Part shown: in pieces, positions 1 to 12,508 of the stretch | Numbering within the stretch: the stretch's first letter is position 1 | Layout of the letters: each line of letters opens with the position of its first letter | Source of the DNA: Octopus vulgaris | Taxonomy: Eukaryota | Length of the DNA: 64,000 nucleotides | NCBI GenBank assembly: GCA_951406725.2 | Contig: OX597821.1 | Coordinates: 46,314,001-46,378,000, forward strand | Direction of reading: 5' to 3' | Position numbers and translations under genes: made by a program | Notes under the pieces: model-generated | Told to the model about the DNA's origin: nothing | The model's input: the letters and a program-made list of their open reading frames with translations, nothing else | The model's database searches: none

Positions 1-438
1 GAAAAATTGTCCTCATTTGCTTCAAGTGCTATCAACAGATTAGAGCAGGCTTCCACCTTTCTTTTCTTCAAATCGGGTGTCAGCCGTTGAGGTACACACA
101 TTCCAACAAAGCTTTTCATTATCTGCTGTAATATACTATGACCACAGTCAAGCTATGCGGCAAGCTCAGTCAAAGTATGTGATTGAGTGCATTTTTTTTT
201 TCAATTTCAGCATAGTTTTGATGCCGTCTTTAATCTTTTTGATATCAAATTTTGCTGAGTGATTTAAGATTTTAGTTAAAATGGACTTAACTTATCAAAA
301 GTTAGTTCTGTTTCATAAAGAGAGACAGAGAGCTTCTGCAAGCATAATTCTGATTCCAAGTTTAACTTGTTGCTTCATTTTACATATGTTACTGATGACC
401 TTTTGGGAAAAGCTTCAGCATCACATCATCCCATACCT

Positions 439-675
439 ATTTCTTTATTATCCACAAGGGGCTAAACATAGAGGGGACAAACAAGGACAGACATAGGTAT
501 TAAGTCAATTACATCGATCCCAGTGTGTAACTGGTACTTAATTTATCGACCCCGAAAGGATGAAAGGCAAAGTCGACCTCAGCGGAATTGGAACTCACAA
601 CGTTGCGCCTGATGAAATACCGCTAAGCATTTCGCCTGGCGTGCTAACGGTTCTGCCAGCTCGCCGCCTTACTTT
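439..675 (-). mobile_element. Full-length tRNA-derived SINE with Meta-domain-like core
   Basis: Minus strand has a tRNA-like head (GGCGGCGAGCTGGCAGAACCGTTAG...GAGTTCCAATTCC) then GTCGACTTTGCCTTTCATCCTTTCGGGGTCGATAAATTAAGTACCAG. Flanked by a perfect 16-bp TSD ACATCATCCCATACCT (423-438 and 676-691). Confidence 0.85.
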
Positions 676-799
676 ACATCATCCCATACCTGCTATTTAT
701 AGATTATATATAGGCTTCTTGCCTTGTAAAAATGAAATCCTCATTCTTTATCCATTTATTTGCTATATTCATCTGCAACTTTTTGTTTCTACATTTCAG

Positions 800-841
800 A
801 TGAGATGAAACGTCGTCGAGATTTCTATGCCAGCCACAAAG
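800..841 (+). CDS. BMI1: PCGF/BMI1-like exon (xEMKRRRDFYASHK), first exon in window; RING exons lie upstream
   Basis: tttcag acceptor, G|gtatg donor; translation matches BMI1 NEMKRRRDFYAAH; phase 1 to phase 1. Confidence 0.93.
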
Positions 842-1274
842 GTATGATTTTCATTTTCATATTTATTCGTGTTAACATAAATGGTTAAAGTGGTATGTTT
901 GTAGAACTAGTAGTAGAAAGACAAATTACATACTTTACAATTTTATTTTTACTACCAAATTCATTCAGAGACAAACAATTTTGCCTTTAATCAATCTAAC
1001 TCCATAGTTAAAATGACTACCAGTGATATACTGAAGTCAGATTTGACTCTACCTACTATTACTATTGTATTACAGTTAGCAATCTACAAGTACATTGACC
1101 CAAGCTGCCAAATATTGTCTTAATCCAAGACATGCTGTGGGTGTGTAGGAATCCTAAACTGCTGTGCAAGTTTCTGTCAATTCCTCTGATAATGACTGTA
1201 TTTAAGAATCTACACTTATGGGTGGGTTGTGGGGGTTATTTGTTAATAATCAACTGCATCTGTATGGTTTTTAG

Positions 1275-1392
1275 TACATTTAGGCAATCACACAGCACAG
1301 ACTCCAGGTGAAGATAGAGGTGATGAAGCAATTGAACGTCTCATTTACACTGAAGATGAGAGGGTTAGTCTTTCACTGGAACTTCTCACTGG
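1275..1392 (+). CDS. BMI1: PCGF/BMI1-like exon (VHLGNHTAQTPGEDRGDEAIERLIYTEDERVSLSLELLTG)
   Basis: tttttag acceptor (alternative in-frame AG giving start 1284), GG|gtaagt donor; matches BMI1 EDRGE...DDEIISLSIEF; phase 1 to phase 2. Confidence 0.9.
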
Positions 1393-1859
1393 GTAAGTAC
1401 TTAATGTTTTACTTATAAGTTTTCTCAGTTTTACATTCAGTGTTGTTTTTCGTTTCTTTTCTTTTCTTTTTGTTGTGTGTGTGTTGAAACAGTTTAGATT
1501 CTATATTTTATTTAACTCTAATACCATCAGAACGAGTATGCAAATGCACAAATGACACTGCTTTATTCTTTGTTCCTTGCACCTGTGATATCTATCCCAG
1601 GTGAGAAACTCATACTTTTATAACGGATCAACAAATTCTAACAAATAATTAAATGTTACTTCATGTATTGAGTGTTTGTCTTTCATTTGTCCATATGTAT
1701 GTGTAAAAATGAGGCTACACTGCAAAGAAAAGAAAGAAGAAACTTTGAAATGTTGAAATTATGTGTAAATAAGATCTACACCAAGTATAATCAACAGAAA
1801 AGTCAGCTCTTGAAGGGATGATACATGGTCAAAATGAATATTAAGAATGTGAAGCAGCT

Positions 1860-2945
1860 CAATCAGTTATTTTCACTGAGATGCTGAAAATTTAGTGAAG
1901 TAGTCCTCAAGAAACTCACTCACATAGTAAGCCAGGTAATACAGAAAAGCTCCAACCCTAGTGACATGCATAGCTGTATAATCATCAGCTGCCACAAGTA
2001 GATGCCTTAGAAAGAAAGAAACTACTACAGAGGCATCTAACCCATTGGCTAAGTTAGGAAAGAACCATCTTAGCTCAGTTGTTTAAGGAAAAAAATTCAC
2101 TTACATGAGATTCGATTCTGATTTGAGCCAGATTGAGGTATTACTGATGCTTTCTTCCCTGGGAGGCAAGAGAAGTTTTTAGCTCATATTAAGCTTCTAG
2201 TTTCAATTGTTCTGGAGTAGGCTTTTGACAAAGCATTGCAATCTATAGCCTGATAGCCTTTCAGAAAACGAGGTGTAGATGAAGGGCAGCTGAGAACAGT
2301 TAAAGCCACATACAAAGATGCAGTGAACTAAGTGAGAGTTCGCTTTAAGTTGAGTGACAAAAATTGAACTTGCAGGTTGGTATACATCCAGGCTCAATTC
2401 TCAACCTGCTTCCATATATTATAGTTCTCCAATCAACAACTGAAGAGTTTAAGACTGTCTGTTCTTTGGAACTCTTATATGTCAATAACAGTTATTATAG
2501 CTGAGACTGTGGATGGCTGTTGAAGAAATTCTAAATGCAGATGCGAGATCTAGAATAGAAAGGCTTTAGTGTAAACTTGGCAAAAACTAAAGCTCTGGTA
2601 AGTGAGAAAAAAGATAAGACCATGAGTTAGTAGAAATTTCATGTGGAGCATTATTTAACATGATCTATGAGTGTACACTAAATGTGATGAAAACAGGCTG
2701 TCAGTAAACAACTTTCTTTGTTACAGATACACATGACTTGTTGGTAATCAGAACATAAATAAAGTAAATTCTTCCCAATGTTTAGGAAGCTCAATAGTAG
2801 TTGATAACATTTGTTATCTTGACAACCTAATCAGTAGTAAGAGAGGAGGCTCTGAAAGTATAGTAACCAGAATAAGAACAGGGTGAGAAAAGTTCAGAGA
2901 GCTATAAGCTCTGCTGTAAACAGTGGGCTTTCTTTACCTTTAAGT
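1860..2945 (+). mobile_element. Decayed RTE-clade LINE ORF2 fragment
   Basis: Degenerate matches to the cleaner copy at 38903-40552 (e.g. GAAGAGTTTAAGACTG..TGGAACTCTTATATG, GCAAAAACTAAAG, GAAAAGTTCAGAGAGCTA); many stops and frameshifts. Confidence 0.65.
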
Positions 2946-3954
2946 GAATAATATGCAATATATGCATATGTTTTATTTATTAAATTGTTATATGATTGAA
3001 CGCCACGCGTCGTTTCTTCTTCTCCAATATTATTGTGTATATGCATGTATACATATGCTTATATATGTGCATATAAATATGTATATATATATATGTATGT
3101 ATGTATGTATTAGTTATGCTGTTGGTACCAAAAGTCTTTAGTGTTGTTAAAACTTATATGTGGGTTATTAGAAATAGTCCTTCAATTCTAGAGGGTTTCA
3201 AATACTGTGTCGAATTTCATTTCATTTAATTATTCACCTGCTGTAAGAAATATATGATCTTGGAATCTCTTTGTGTCCTATTTATATCTTGGGTAAATTG
3301 TAGGATACGTATTTTGCAACACCATTAAAAATGGCAGCAGTTTTTATTTGCTGATTAGCCCTAGTTCAATTTTAATTGAACAAATATATATGATGGAAAG
3401 TCTTCCAGTATGACAGCCAAGTGTTTTCATGTTTATGTCTAAGAACTACATTATTCAATTACCCTTTATTTAAGATGGCACAGTGTAGTATGAAGGGTAT
3501 TTGTTTGCAATTTCTGACTGAATTCTCTTGTAAATGCTCACTTATTAGCTCATGCTATTTAGTAAAGAAATATATTTATTTTCATTTACATGTTAAATGT
3601 AAGTATGAAATTATGGGTTGTAATGGTTCTATAAAGTATATAAGCTATTTGGTTGAAATGTCCTATTAATAGAGCAGCAGTGGAAATCTATAGTCCTCAA
3701 TATAAGCACAATTGGATCCAAAGATATGTTTTTGGCTTTGTAAACTTGTAACTAATAATTCATAATTAATCATTATGATATTAATTCTAAGAACAGTATC
3801 AATAACTATTTTATGATGAACTAAAATAACAATATCTTTCTGTCTCTATTTGTTACTATCAGTTAAGTGAAAATGTTTTTGTTATTTAGATTGTTATATA
3901 AACACTTTTTAGTCAGTAATCTGATTTGAACTTTTTAACTATCTACTTTTATAG

Positions 3955-4018
3955 TTACAGTGAAGAGAGAATACGGTTTTTAACTCGTGAAAATCTGAAT
4001 GGAAACACAAAGAACCAG
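3955..4018 (+). CDS. BMI1: PCGF/BMI1-like exon, variable loop of RAWUL (GYSEERIRFLTRENLNGNTKNQ)
   Basis: ttttatag acceptor (alternative in-frame cag giving start 3961), CAG|gtaat donor; open frame that supplies the required phase 2 to phase 0 bridge between neighbouring exons. Weak homology on its own. Confidence 0.78.
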
Positions 4019-4479
4019 GTAATTTGTTTTTGTTTGTTTTCAGTTTACAGGCATTTGTTTTTGTAATGTAGTGCATGCATGTGTGTGTATCTGGGTATTA
4101 GTTTTTATTGTCAAGGCATGTAGGACTCCATGATGTAATTGCTTAAATCCAGTTTCTAGTGGGTTAAAAATGTTGATGACAATGTAATCTGTACTTGGTG
4201 AACATAGCAATAGTCTAATTCCTATTCCAAGTAGCTTGGTTGTGTGAAGCTTGGGGAAGAATATGTTTTAGCTGAAAACATATAAGTTAGTCTACTCCTT
4301 ATCTTTTTGGTCACTAAAAGATTATGACATACAATCAGTTTCTGTTTCATACACAATTCATTTTGCTTTATTTCATAAATACCAGGACCATTTTAATTCA
4401 TTTAAAACATGGAAGTCCAGTCAAAAGCCTAGAATGTTGGTGCCATACTGATCTCTTTTAATGGTAGAAGCAATATGTA

Positions 4480-5140
4480 GATATTGCATTCACTTCCAGC
4501 AAGAAACACAAATGCCAATACATACTCTAAACTTCCTCTAAATTTGTTGGTGCACTTCCAATTACAGATACTTAAATGCACCATTTGTCAATACGTATTG
4601 AAAAGAGCTTCCACATTTACTGCCCACTTTTCCTCAATAACAGTATGTCCTCTACAAAATTCCTCTTTAACTCTCTTCCAGTCTCACTAACACCTGAAAA
4701 TTGATGAACAGCCATCAACTGTACACTTGTGTTATCTCACTCATCAGTATTTCTTTGCTTTTGACACTACGTTTGTTTGTATTTATTCATCTGTCTCTCA
4801 AATGTTGGATTGATGCTGACTAACAGACTACAATATTTGCTCCCTGACTGTCACTCTATCAGTTCTGCTGCAATGTGAAAACCAATTTTATTGCCAACAT
4901 GCATATTTCTGTATATATTAATTACCTACCTAATATCACTTCTAGTTATAAGCATACATTTGCAGATAATACTGCCATTAACTTTTCTCCAACTTTTTGC
5001 ATACAAAAGTCATCCACATCCAAACATTCATTGCTTTCATTACCAGAAGCCTTCAGAACATTATTCAGTGTAAACATTGCCACCCAGACTCTTTCAACAA
5101 TACTAAAATAAAATCCCTATATATATCAAAGTAAAGATAC
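4480..5140 (+). mobile_element. Very old LINE reverse-transcriptase remnant
   Basis: HTFADNT (YADD-like) motif in ORF 4875-5111; otherwise heavily decayed. Confidence 0.3.
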
Positions 5141-6188
5141 TTGTACTTCACCCCATCTGCTCTTGAACAGTAAGACATGTTTCAAACTTCAAAGCAATTA
5201 TAAGCTTAATCTCCTAATTTCTGATTGATGTTATTAACAACAGTGCATATTACATTACAAAAATTGAATCCCAATTTTCTACTAAAATGCCAGGAAATAC
5301 CTCTGTCATTATCACTTGCTGAAGCTCTACACATACATATACATATGTATAAATATATGCCATCTTTCACTAGTTTACATATCTGATTTAATATTAGAGT
5401 TCTCATTTTGTTTATAGTGGTAAATGTTTAGATATTTCATCAGTATCACCGTCCTCATCTTATATTGATGTTTATGTTCCATGTTAGCATTGTTTAGATG
5501 GTTTGACAGATTGTAATGGCTCAGAGGACTGCATCATGCTCCACTGTCTGCTTTGGCATAGTTTCTGCAGTTGAATGCCCTTTACAGCATTTTCTGTGAG
5601 CTTTTTTGTGACACTAGCACTAGTGAGGTCACCATGCAGCTTGCAAGATAACAACCTCTGTCAACTGGGTGGAGCTACAGGAGAGGGAAAGGTAGCTTTA
5701 TGCTGGAAGTATACGAGAGGGGGGATCATAACAGAGCACTTTTCTTGTTATAGAGGAACTAAATGGCTGTTCACATTAAAGAAGAACAGGTGGGAGTAAC
5801 CGGAGTGTTGATGAGATATGAGGGAGAAACTTTGAGGCACAAGGAGAGTAAAAGTGAGTGGTGACACAAGAACAGGTAGTGTCGGTGGGTATAAGTTGCA
5901 AGAGTACACGAGGAGAGCGTGAAAGGTGATTAGATATGTGGAATGAGGAGTGAGGTGAATATAATGAAGAACAAGTGTTGAAGGATAAGTATATGTTGAT
6001 AGGAAGGAAGGTAAAGAAGAGTAAATGATAACTGTAGAGATCAGCTACTCTTCCTTACCTTATCCACCCCTGAAGCCTACCCAGTACAGTTGAAGGGTAG
6101 GTAAGGATGGAGGTGATTAATACTGCATATGAGTTGGGATGAGATAAGCGAGAGTTGTATATGGTAGTGCAGAAAATGCTCAAGAACA

Positions 6189-6219
<31 letters not shown>

Positions 6220-6592
6220 TACATTAGACAAGGGAAGGATGTGAGAAAGAAAGATGATGTGTGTGGTTGTGTAGGTTGCAAGAGTGTGAAGGGAAAGGCA
6301 GGCATCGTGCAAGGGGAGAATGAGAAATATATTATGGCCGAGGAGGAGAAATAATTCAGTAGTATAGAAGGGTAATCAATATAAAATGTGGGTGCAGATA
6401 GACAGTAATAAGAATAATGAATGGATATCAGGTGAGAAGTTACTGAGTAGTAAGAAAGATTAGTGGTTTCAGAGAAAATCTGGAGAAGTATGTGGTTCTG
6501 CTCACATCTATTTCAGCAGCAGAATACTGCAATTAGCGAAATGATGGGTGGTGGTGTTGGCTTCAGGAAGAAATTAGGTGAGGAGTCCCTGT

Positions 6593-6653
<61 letters not shown>

Positions 6654-6733
6654 TTAGGGAATATGATTCCAAACTTACAGGAAAAAATTCAATTTAGTAA
6701 TACTAAATCAAATTTCACAATATATACTACATG

Positions 6734-7195
6734 TATATAAATTAGAGAACCACCATGTAGCAATTCAACAATGATATACTTAAATCATACCATATAGAAA
6801 AAAATTAAAGATACAATAAAACGTTTACCTAGAACTAAATAAAGTATGAAATATATACAAATTCATCATCATCATCATTTAACGTTCGTTTTCCATGCTA
6901 GCATGGGTTGGACGATTTTGACTGAGGGCTGGTGAGCCAGATGGCTGCACCAGGTTCCAGTCTTGATCTGGCAGAGTTTCTACATCTGGATGCCCTTCCT
7001 AACGTCAACCACTCCGAGAGTGTAGTGGGTGCTTTTTACATGCCACCTGCAAATTATATACTATTTATTTATTATTTCGTACTTTATTTAGTTCTAGGTA
7101 AATGTCTTATTGTATCTTTAATTTTTTTCTATATGGTATGATTTAAGTATATCATTGTTGAATTGCTACATGGTAGTTCTTCTCTAATTTATATA
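6734..7195. repeat. Fold-back inverted repeat (~120-bp arms) with an RTE-tail element in the loop
   Basis: 6734-6853 is near reverse-complementary to 7073-7195 (CATGTAGCAATTCAACAATGATATACTTAAATCATACCATATAGAAAAAAATTAAAGATACAATAA); loop 6864-7050 carries the (CAT)n-TTTAACGT..CCATGCTAGCATGGGTTGGACG repeat. Confidence 0.9.
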
Positions 7196-7214
7196 TATAT
7201 ATATATATATAAGG

Positions 7215-8065
7215 ATCTCATTGTGACTGTGGTTCTAGATTCTGAATTGAGCCTTCACTACTTCATCCCATGTCTTCCTGGGTCTCTCTCTTTTAGGAGT
7301 TCCAGCTACATTAAGTAACTAGCACTTCTTTATAAGGCTGTCTTCCACTATATGCTTCACATGTCTATACCAATGTAGCATTCAATTTTGCACCACTACA
7401 TCTTATTCTTATCCCCAGTTTTTCTCTCAATACATTTGTACTTCGTTGTTCACACACTCTTACACTGCACATCCAACAGAGCATGCTAAGCTTCATTTTA
7501 TTCTAGTCTTTTCAAGTTTTGTTCATTCAAGGCATATGTTTGACTATTATGCAGCTTCACAGTTCTAGCACAAGCATCATATGGTCTACCTTTCATTCAG
7601 AGGCATCAGGTCCTACACTCTGATGCTTTGTTTTCTCAGGAAGAAAAGAGAGTGTTGCATTGCTTCAGATTGTCATTTAGTTTGTCTTTGAAGCACAACA
7701 GTGGCCTTCCAACTGACCTTCCTGTTGGGAATTGACCAAAGAGAAGTTGCTTTGGAATTCTGATATCACTCATATTGGAGAGATGACCTGACCATCTAAG
7801 CTGTATTTTGATGAGGATGGCTTCAGTACCTGATATGTTGCATTTTGTTAGCACCTTTGTTGCCAGTAGCATTGGTAGCTCCCTGGACTTTTTTGTTCTC
7901 ATTCTTACCCAGGCTATTATGTTTTCAGAACAACCATTTCCTCCTGCTAATTATGTATCCTTGATAACAAAAGCTATTCACTGCTTTTAGTGAGCCATCT
8001 GGGCATTTAAGAGAATTTATTTCTAGTGTGCTCATAGTACATACTACTCCAATACATCTATCACA
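7215..8065 (-). mobile_element. RTE LINE 3' fragment with nested BovB-like RTE piece (about 7605-7870)
   Basis: ORF 7636-7902 has QLRWSGHLSNMSDIRIPKQLLFG...RSVGRP, typical of the RTE/BovB C-terminus; flanks match the 38903-40552 family. Confidence 0.7.
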
Positions 8066-8069
8066 TTCT

Positions 8070-8454
8070 CTTTTTTTTTCTCTTTTACTTGTTTTGACTG
8101 TGGCCATGCTGGAGCACTGCCTTTAGTGGAGCAAATCGACCCCAGGACTTATTCTTTGTAAGCCCAGTACTTATTCTATCAGTCTCTTTTTTGCTGAACC
8201 GCTAAGTGACGGGGACGTAAACACACCAGCATCGGTTGTCAAGCAATGCTAGGGGGACAAACACACACACACATATACATATACATATATACGACAGGCT
8301 TCTTTCAGTTTCCGTCTACCAAATCCACTCACAAGGCATTGGTCAGCCCGGGGCTATAGCAGAAGACACTTGCCCAAGATGCCACGCAGTGGGACTGAAC
8401 CCGGAACCATGTGGTTGGTTAGCAAGCTACTTACCACACAGCCACTCCTGCGCC
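8070..8454 (-). mobile_element. tRNA-derived SINE with CORE-like segment and internal (TA)/(TG) microsatellite
   Basis: Minus strand: GGCGCAGGAGTGGCTGTGTGGTAAG (A box), GGGTTCAGTCCC (B box), CTTGGGCAAGTGTCTT; tail ...GTAAAAGAG. Same family at 10103-10546, 61271-61672 and 62680-62985. Confidence 0.85.
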
Positions 8455-8539
8455 TATTATGATTATTTCCTCATTATGTAAAGCCAGTACTTTTAGGATC
8501 TCACTTTTGTCATGGCAGATTGGCCTTTTCAAGTTCAGT

Positions 8540-9640
8540 GAATTGCTACTCATCTTAGTCCTTTGTCATTTCCTTTGTGAGACTCAACATCTTGGTAAAC
8601 TTCACCCTACATCTTCCATTTTCATAGGACCTGTTCACATAAAGGATTGGCACTTCTTTATGTAGCTGGTCTCATTCATACATGTCACCATACCAGTACA
8701 ATCTTCTCTTTTGTACATATATCTGATTCCACTTATGTTCATTTTTTCTCTCACTTGTATTTTGTCATACATTGCACATCCAATGAAGGGTGCTTGCCTC
8801 ATTCCTTTCTAGTCATCACATATCTTCTGCATTCAGGGCTTGCATCTAACTATCATGTAGCCTTACTGTTTGTACACAGGTATCATACAATCTGCTTTTC
8901 ACTCTGAGAAATATTTTGTTACCAACATGGGTAATAATTCTCAGAACTTTCTCTACCCTATTCTTACTCTAGTGACTATCTCTCCAAATATCTTCTTCCA
9001 CCATTAAATTATCTAGGTAACAGAAACTATCTACTGTCCTTAGGGATAATCCTGCACATTTGAGAAAATCCAATTCTCCTTAGCATCTTCCACATACAAA
9101 CACTACTTTCTTTATTTTTTCTTGATTCCAATGCATTTCTCCATAGCTTGCACTCTGTACACTGTTTGGAATTCCTGCCTACACATTTCTTTGTAGAATT
9201 TTGGTCTTTTCTAAGTTAGTTTTGAGGCCTTTTAATTCCAAGTTTTGCTTCCATACTTTGAATTGATCTAAATCTATTACAGATTTTGCTATGAGAATAA
9301 AGTTGTCAGCATATAGTAGTTCCCAAGGTTAGCTGGTCTTAAATTCCTTTGTTAGAGTCTGGAGGACAGTGATGAAGAGGGGGGAACTGAGACCCAAGCT
9401 CTGGTGAACACCTACATCTACTTTTAATTCATCAGTTAACTCTCACCTTACAGATAGTAACCCTGTGCATGGCTTGTACAGCTTTCACAAATGATTCAGC
9501 TACTCCTAGCTTCTAAAGTGACTAGATCAGAGAGTGGGGTTTTTTTCTTCTGGTCAATAAATACTGAGTATAATGGTTTACTTCTGACTAAATAATTTTA
9601 TTGTAGTCTTATAGTTGTATCCTACCCAACCTATATTTTT
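8540..9640 (-). mobile_element. Decayed RTE LINE fragment (RT region)
   Basis: Reverse complement contains GAATTTAAGACCAGCTAACCTTGGGAACTACTATATGCTGACAAC (ELLYAD) and a GVHQ-like motif. Confidence 0.7.
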
Positions 9641-9689
9641 GCCACCCTTTGCACCCTTAACTTGTACTTCTGCTGTTGCTCCAGATCGG

Positions 9690-10680
9690 GTTTCTCATAG
9701 TTTCTGTCTACCAAATCCTCTCACAAGGCCTTGGTTGGCCCAGGGCTATAGTGGAAGGCACTTGCCCTACATGCCACATGGTAAGCCTGAACCTTGAGAC
9801 CACAAGAGTGGGAAGCAAGCTTCTCAATTGCACAAACAGAGAAGCTTGCTTCTAAACCATATAGTCATGGGTTCAGTCCCACTGTGCAGTACCTATGGCA
9901 AGTATCTTCTACTATGGCCCCAGACCAGCCAAAGCTTTGTAACCGGATTTGTTCGACAGAATCTGAAAGAAACCTATCATATGTGTGTGTGTGTGTGTTT
10001 GTGCGACTTTGTCCAGACGTCACGTGATGGTTGTAAACGAGCATTACCATCATACAAGTGAGCTTCATTTCTAGTTATCTGTGGGGAAACATATCTATCT
10101 ATACTCCTTTACTTCTTTCAGTCATGTGACTGTGGCCATGCTGGAGCGCTGCCTTTAGCCAAGCAAATTGACCCTAGGACTTATTCTTTGTAAGCCTAGT
10201 GCCTATTCTATCAGTTTCTTTTGCCGAACTGCTAAGTTACGGGGACGTAAACACACCAGCATCAGTTGTCAAGTGATGTTGGAGTGGGAAAACACAGACA
10301 CACACACATTATATATATATATATCTTATGATGATGATGATGATCTATATATATATATACACACACATACATACATTTATACGACAGGCTTCTTTCAGTT
10401 TCCGTCTACCAAATCCACTCACAAGGCTTTGGTTGGCCCAAGGCTATAGTAGAAGACACTTGCCCAAGTTGCCATGCAGTGTGACTGAACCCAGAACCAT
10501 GTAGTTCGTAAGCAAGCTACTTACCACACAGCCACTCCTATGCCTATAGGAAAATATTACTTTGCTTTGAAACAGCTAAGGGCTGGAGACAGGAATGACA
10601 TTTAGCTATAGACAAAATTGCCTCAACAAATTCTATCTGATCCATACAAGCAAGGGAAAGTGGATGTTAAATGATGATGA
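9690..10680. mobile_element. Cluster of nested/adjacent SINE copies in both orientations
   Basis: Family of 8070-8454: minus copy about 9690-9830, plus copy about 9840-10090 (resuming about 10547-10680), near-complete minus copy 10103-10546. Confidence 0.75.
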
Positions 10681-10691
10681 TAATGATATAT

Positions 10692-12140
10692 AAACTGAAC
10701 CACAAAAGAATTGTTGCACACATACTAAATAGAAACCAGTTTATTAACAGACTGCCATAGCATTGATTGAAGAGTGCTAATTAAGAAACATTTCCTGAAA
10801 CATGTTTCATGTTACATGGTGTCACATGATGATGGAGTGTTCCAGATCAATAAATTGTGTGTGACCACCATTAGCATTGATTGCTGCCAGGTGTCTTCTG
10901 TACATTGAATGCACCAAATGATTGAAGGCCATGGGGATAGCAGCCCACGCTCTGTTAAAACTTGCAGTGGGTTGTACCACAGTTGACAGCCTTGGACCTA
11001 TGCCATTTAGCCTTCTTTGGATTTTGTTCCACAGGTGCTCTATAGGGTTCAAGTCTGGACTTAGGGCAGGCCATGGCAGTGTCTGGGTGTTGTACTGTTG
11101 GAGGAAGTCTGTTGTCAACCTGGCAGTATGGGCATGGGTGTTGTTGTGTTGGAGCACATGAGTCTGATGGCGGGCAAAGTATGACAAAATATGAGGCCTC
11201 GACACTTGGTTGATGTAGCACGCAGTAGTTACTCTATTGCCCTGGCCTTGGCCGATGTTTTGGAAGACCACTAGTCCAAGTTTCTGGTTGAGTGCAATCC
11301 CATCCCATACCATGATGCTCTGTCCTCCCCATGAGTCTCTTTCCACCACACAACCATCGGGAATGACTTTCACCTCATCTTCTCCAAACCCTAGCTCTGC
11401 CACAGAAATGTAATATCCACTTTTGCCAGAGGAGACTACAGTCCTCCACTGCTGATATCACCAGTTCTGACGTTTTTGAGCCCACTGCAGATGTGTCCAT
11501 TGTTAACAATCTGTGACGATGGGGCCCCTAGCCAGACATTGACAAGACATTGAAAGATCTCAGCCAGTGGTGAAATGTCTTTGTACTAATGAGTCTGTGG
11601 TGAGTCCTTATGATCTGCCTAGCTAGTTCTGTTTCCCTCTGGAATTGGTCCTGCAAGTGCTGTCGGTGCCTGGATGATCATCTGTGCTGTTTGTGGCATT
11701 GTATCATTCCCTCAGCCCCTCAATTGTCCGAATACTGTAGTTCAAGTCATTAGCAATCACCCATAGACGTTGACCAGCATCGAGACATCCGATGGCTTGC
11801 TCCCTCTGATTTCATGTCAGTCTTGGCATGCTTGCTGCATTCGGGAAACAAATTTCATGCTGGTAAACTAGGATGCTGTTTATACCCAATGAGTCAACGT
11901 TTTGCACGTGCATCATGCTTTTCATAAAGATGTATTCACAAGCATTACCATGTTCACAAGAAGTGAACGAGTTCGAACCCTACATGCAATCCTTGTGTTT
12001 TCAAAAGATTGTGGTGTTGTGGTCAGTGATATCTTCCTGATGTCAAATTACCTAGAAATGTGATAAAATCCATATAATCTCAATATTATGTGTGAAATAA
12101 ATAATCTTTTAGAGTGCAACGTTTCTTTTGTATTTCAGTA
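10692..12140 (-). mobile_element. Tc1-family DNA transposon, decayed but near full length
   Basis: ORF 10822-11403 has GGQSIMVW...HNNTHAHTA...WPALSPDLNPIEHLW (Tc1 DDE). Imperfect TIRs ACTGAACCACAAAAGAATTGTTGCAC / GTGCAACGTTTCTTTTGTATTTCAGT in TA context. Confidence 0.88.
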
Positions 12141-12423
12141 TATATATATATATAGTAAAATAAGGATTCTGATAGAATTAGGTACTTGAAAAGATATGAA
12201 TCAGGTAGGGTTCGATAAACCTGTAGTTCTGGCCTATGGTTGGTAAGTATTAAATAGGATATTCTGATTGTGTACACAGAGAAAACCAACCCCATGAGTA
12301 TTTAACACCTACGGGCTGGTCCAAAGCACATGTTATGTTGAATTGTACATTGTCGTATAGTCGAGGGTGTCCGACAAATTGTAAATCTCATTGGTGTGTT
12401 ATAATCAAATGGATAATTATCAG

Positions 12424-12508
12424 CTCATTACAGCTGTTTCTTACACTTTTTTCTGATAGAAGAATGAGAACATTACTCCATTATAAGAAATTGTAATCAT
12501 CAGATGAA
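12424..12508 (-). ncRNA. Minimal (Penelope-type) hammerhead ribozyme motif
   Basis: Minus strand reads TTCAT-CTGATGA-TTACA...TGTAA-GAAAC-AGCT-GTA-ATGAG: intact core, stem I, 5-bp stem II, 1-bp stem III with palindromic AGCT loop, GUA cleavage triplet. Confidence 0.7.

Noticed and set aside
608-640. CTGATGA on plus strand inside the SINE
   Set aside because: No downstream GAAA core with matching stems; chance match antisense to the SINE.
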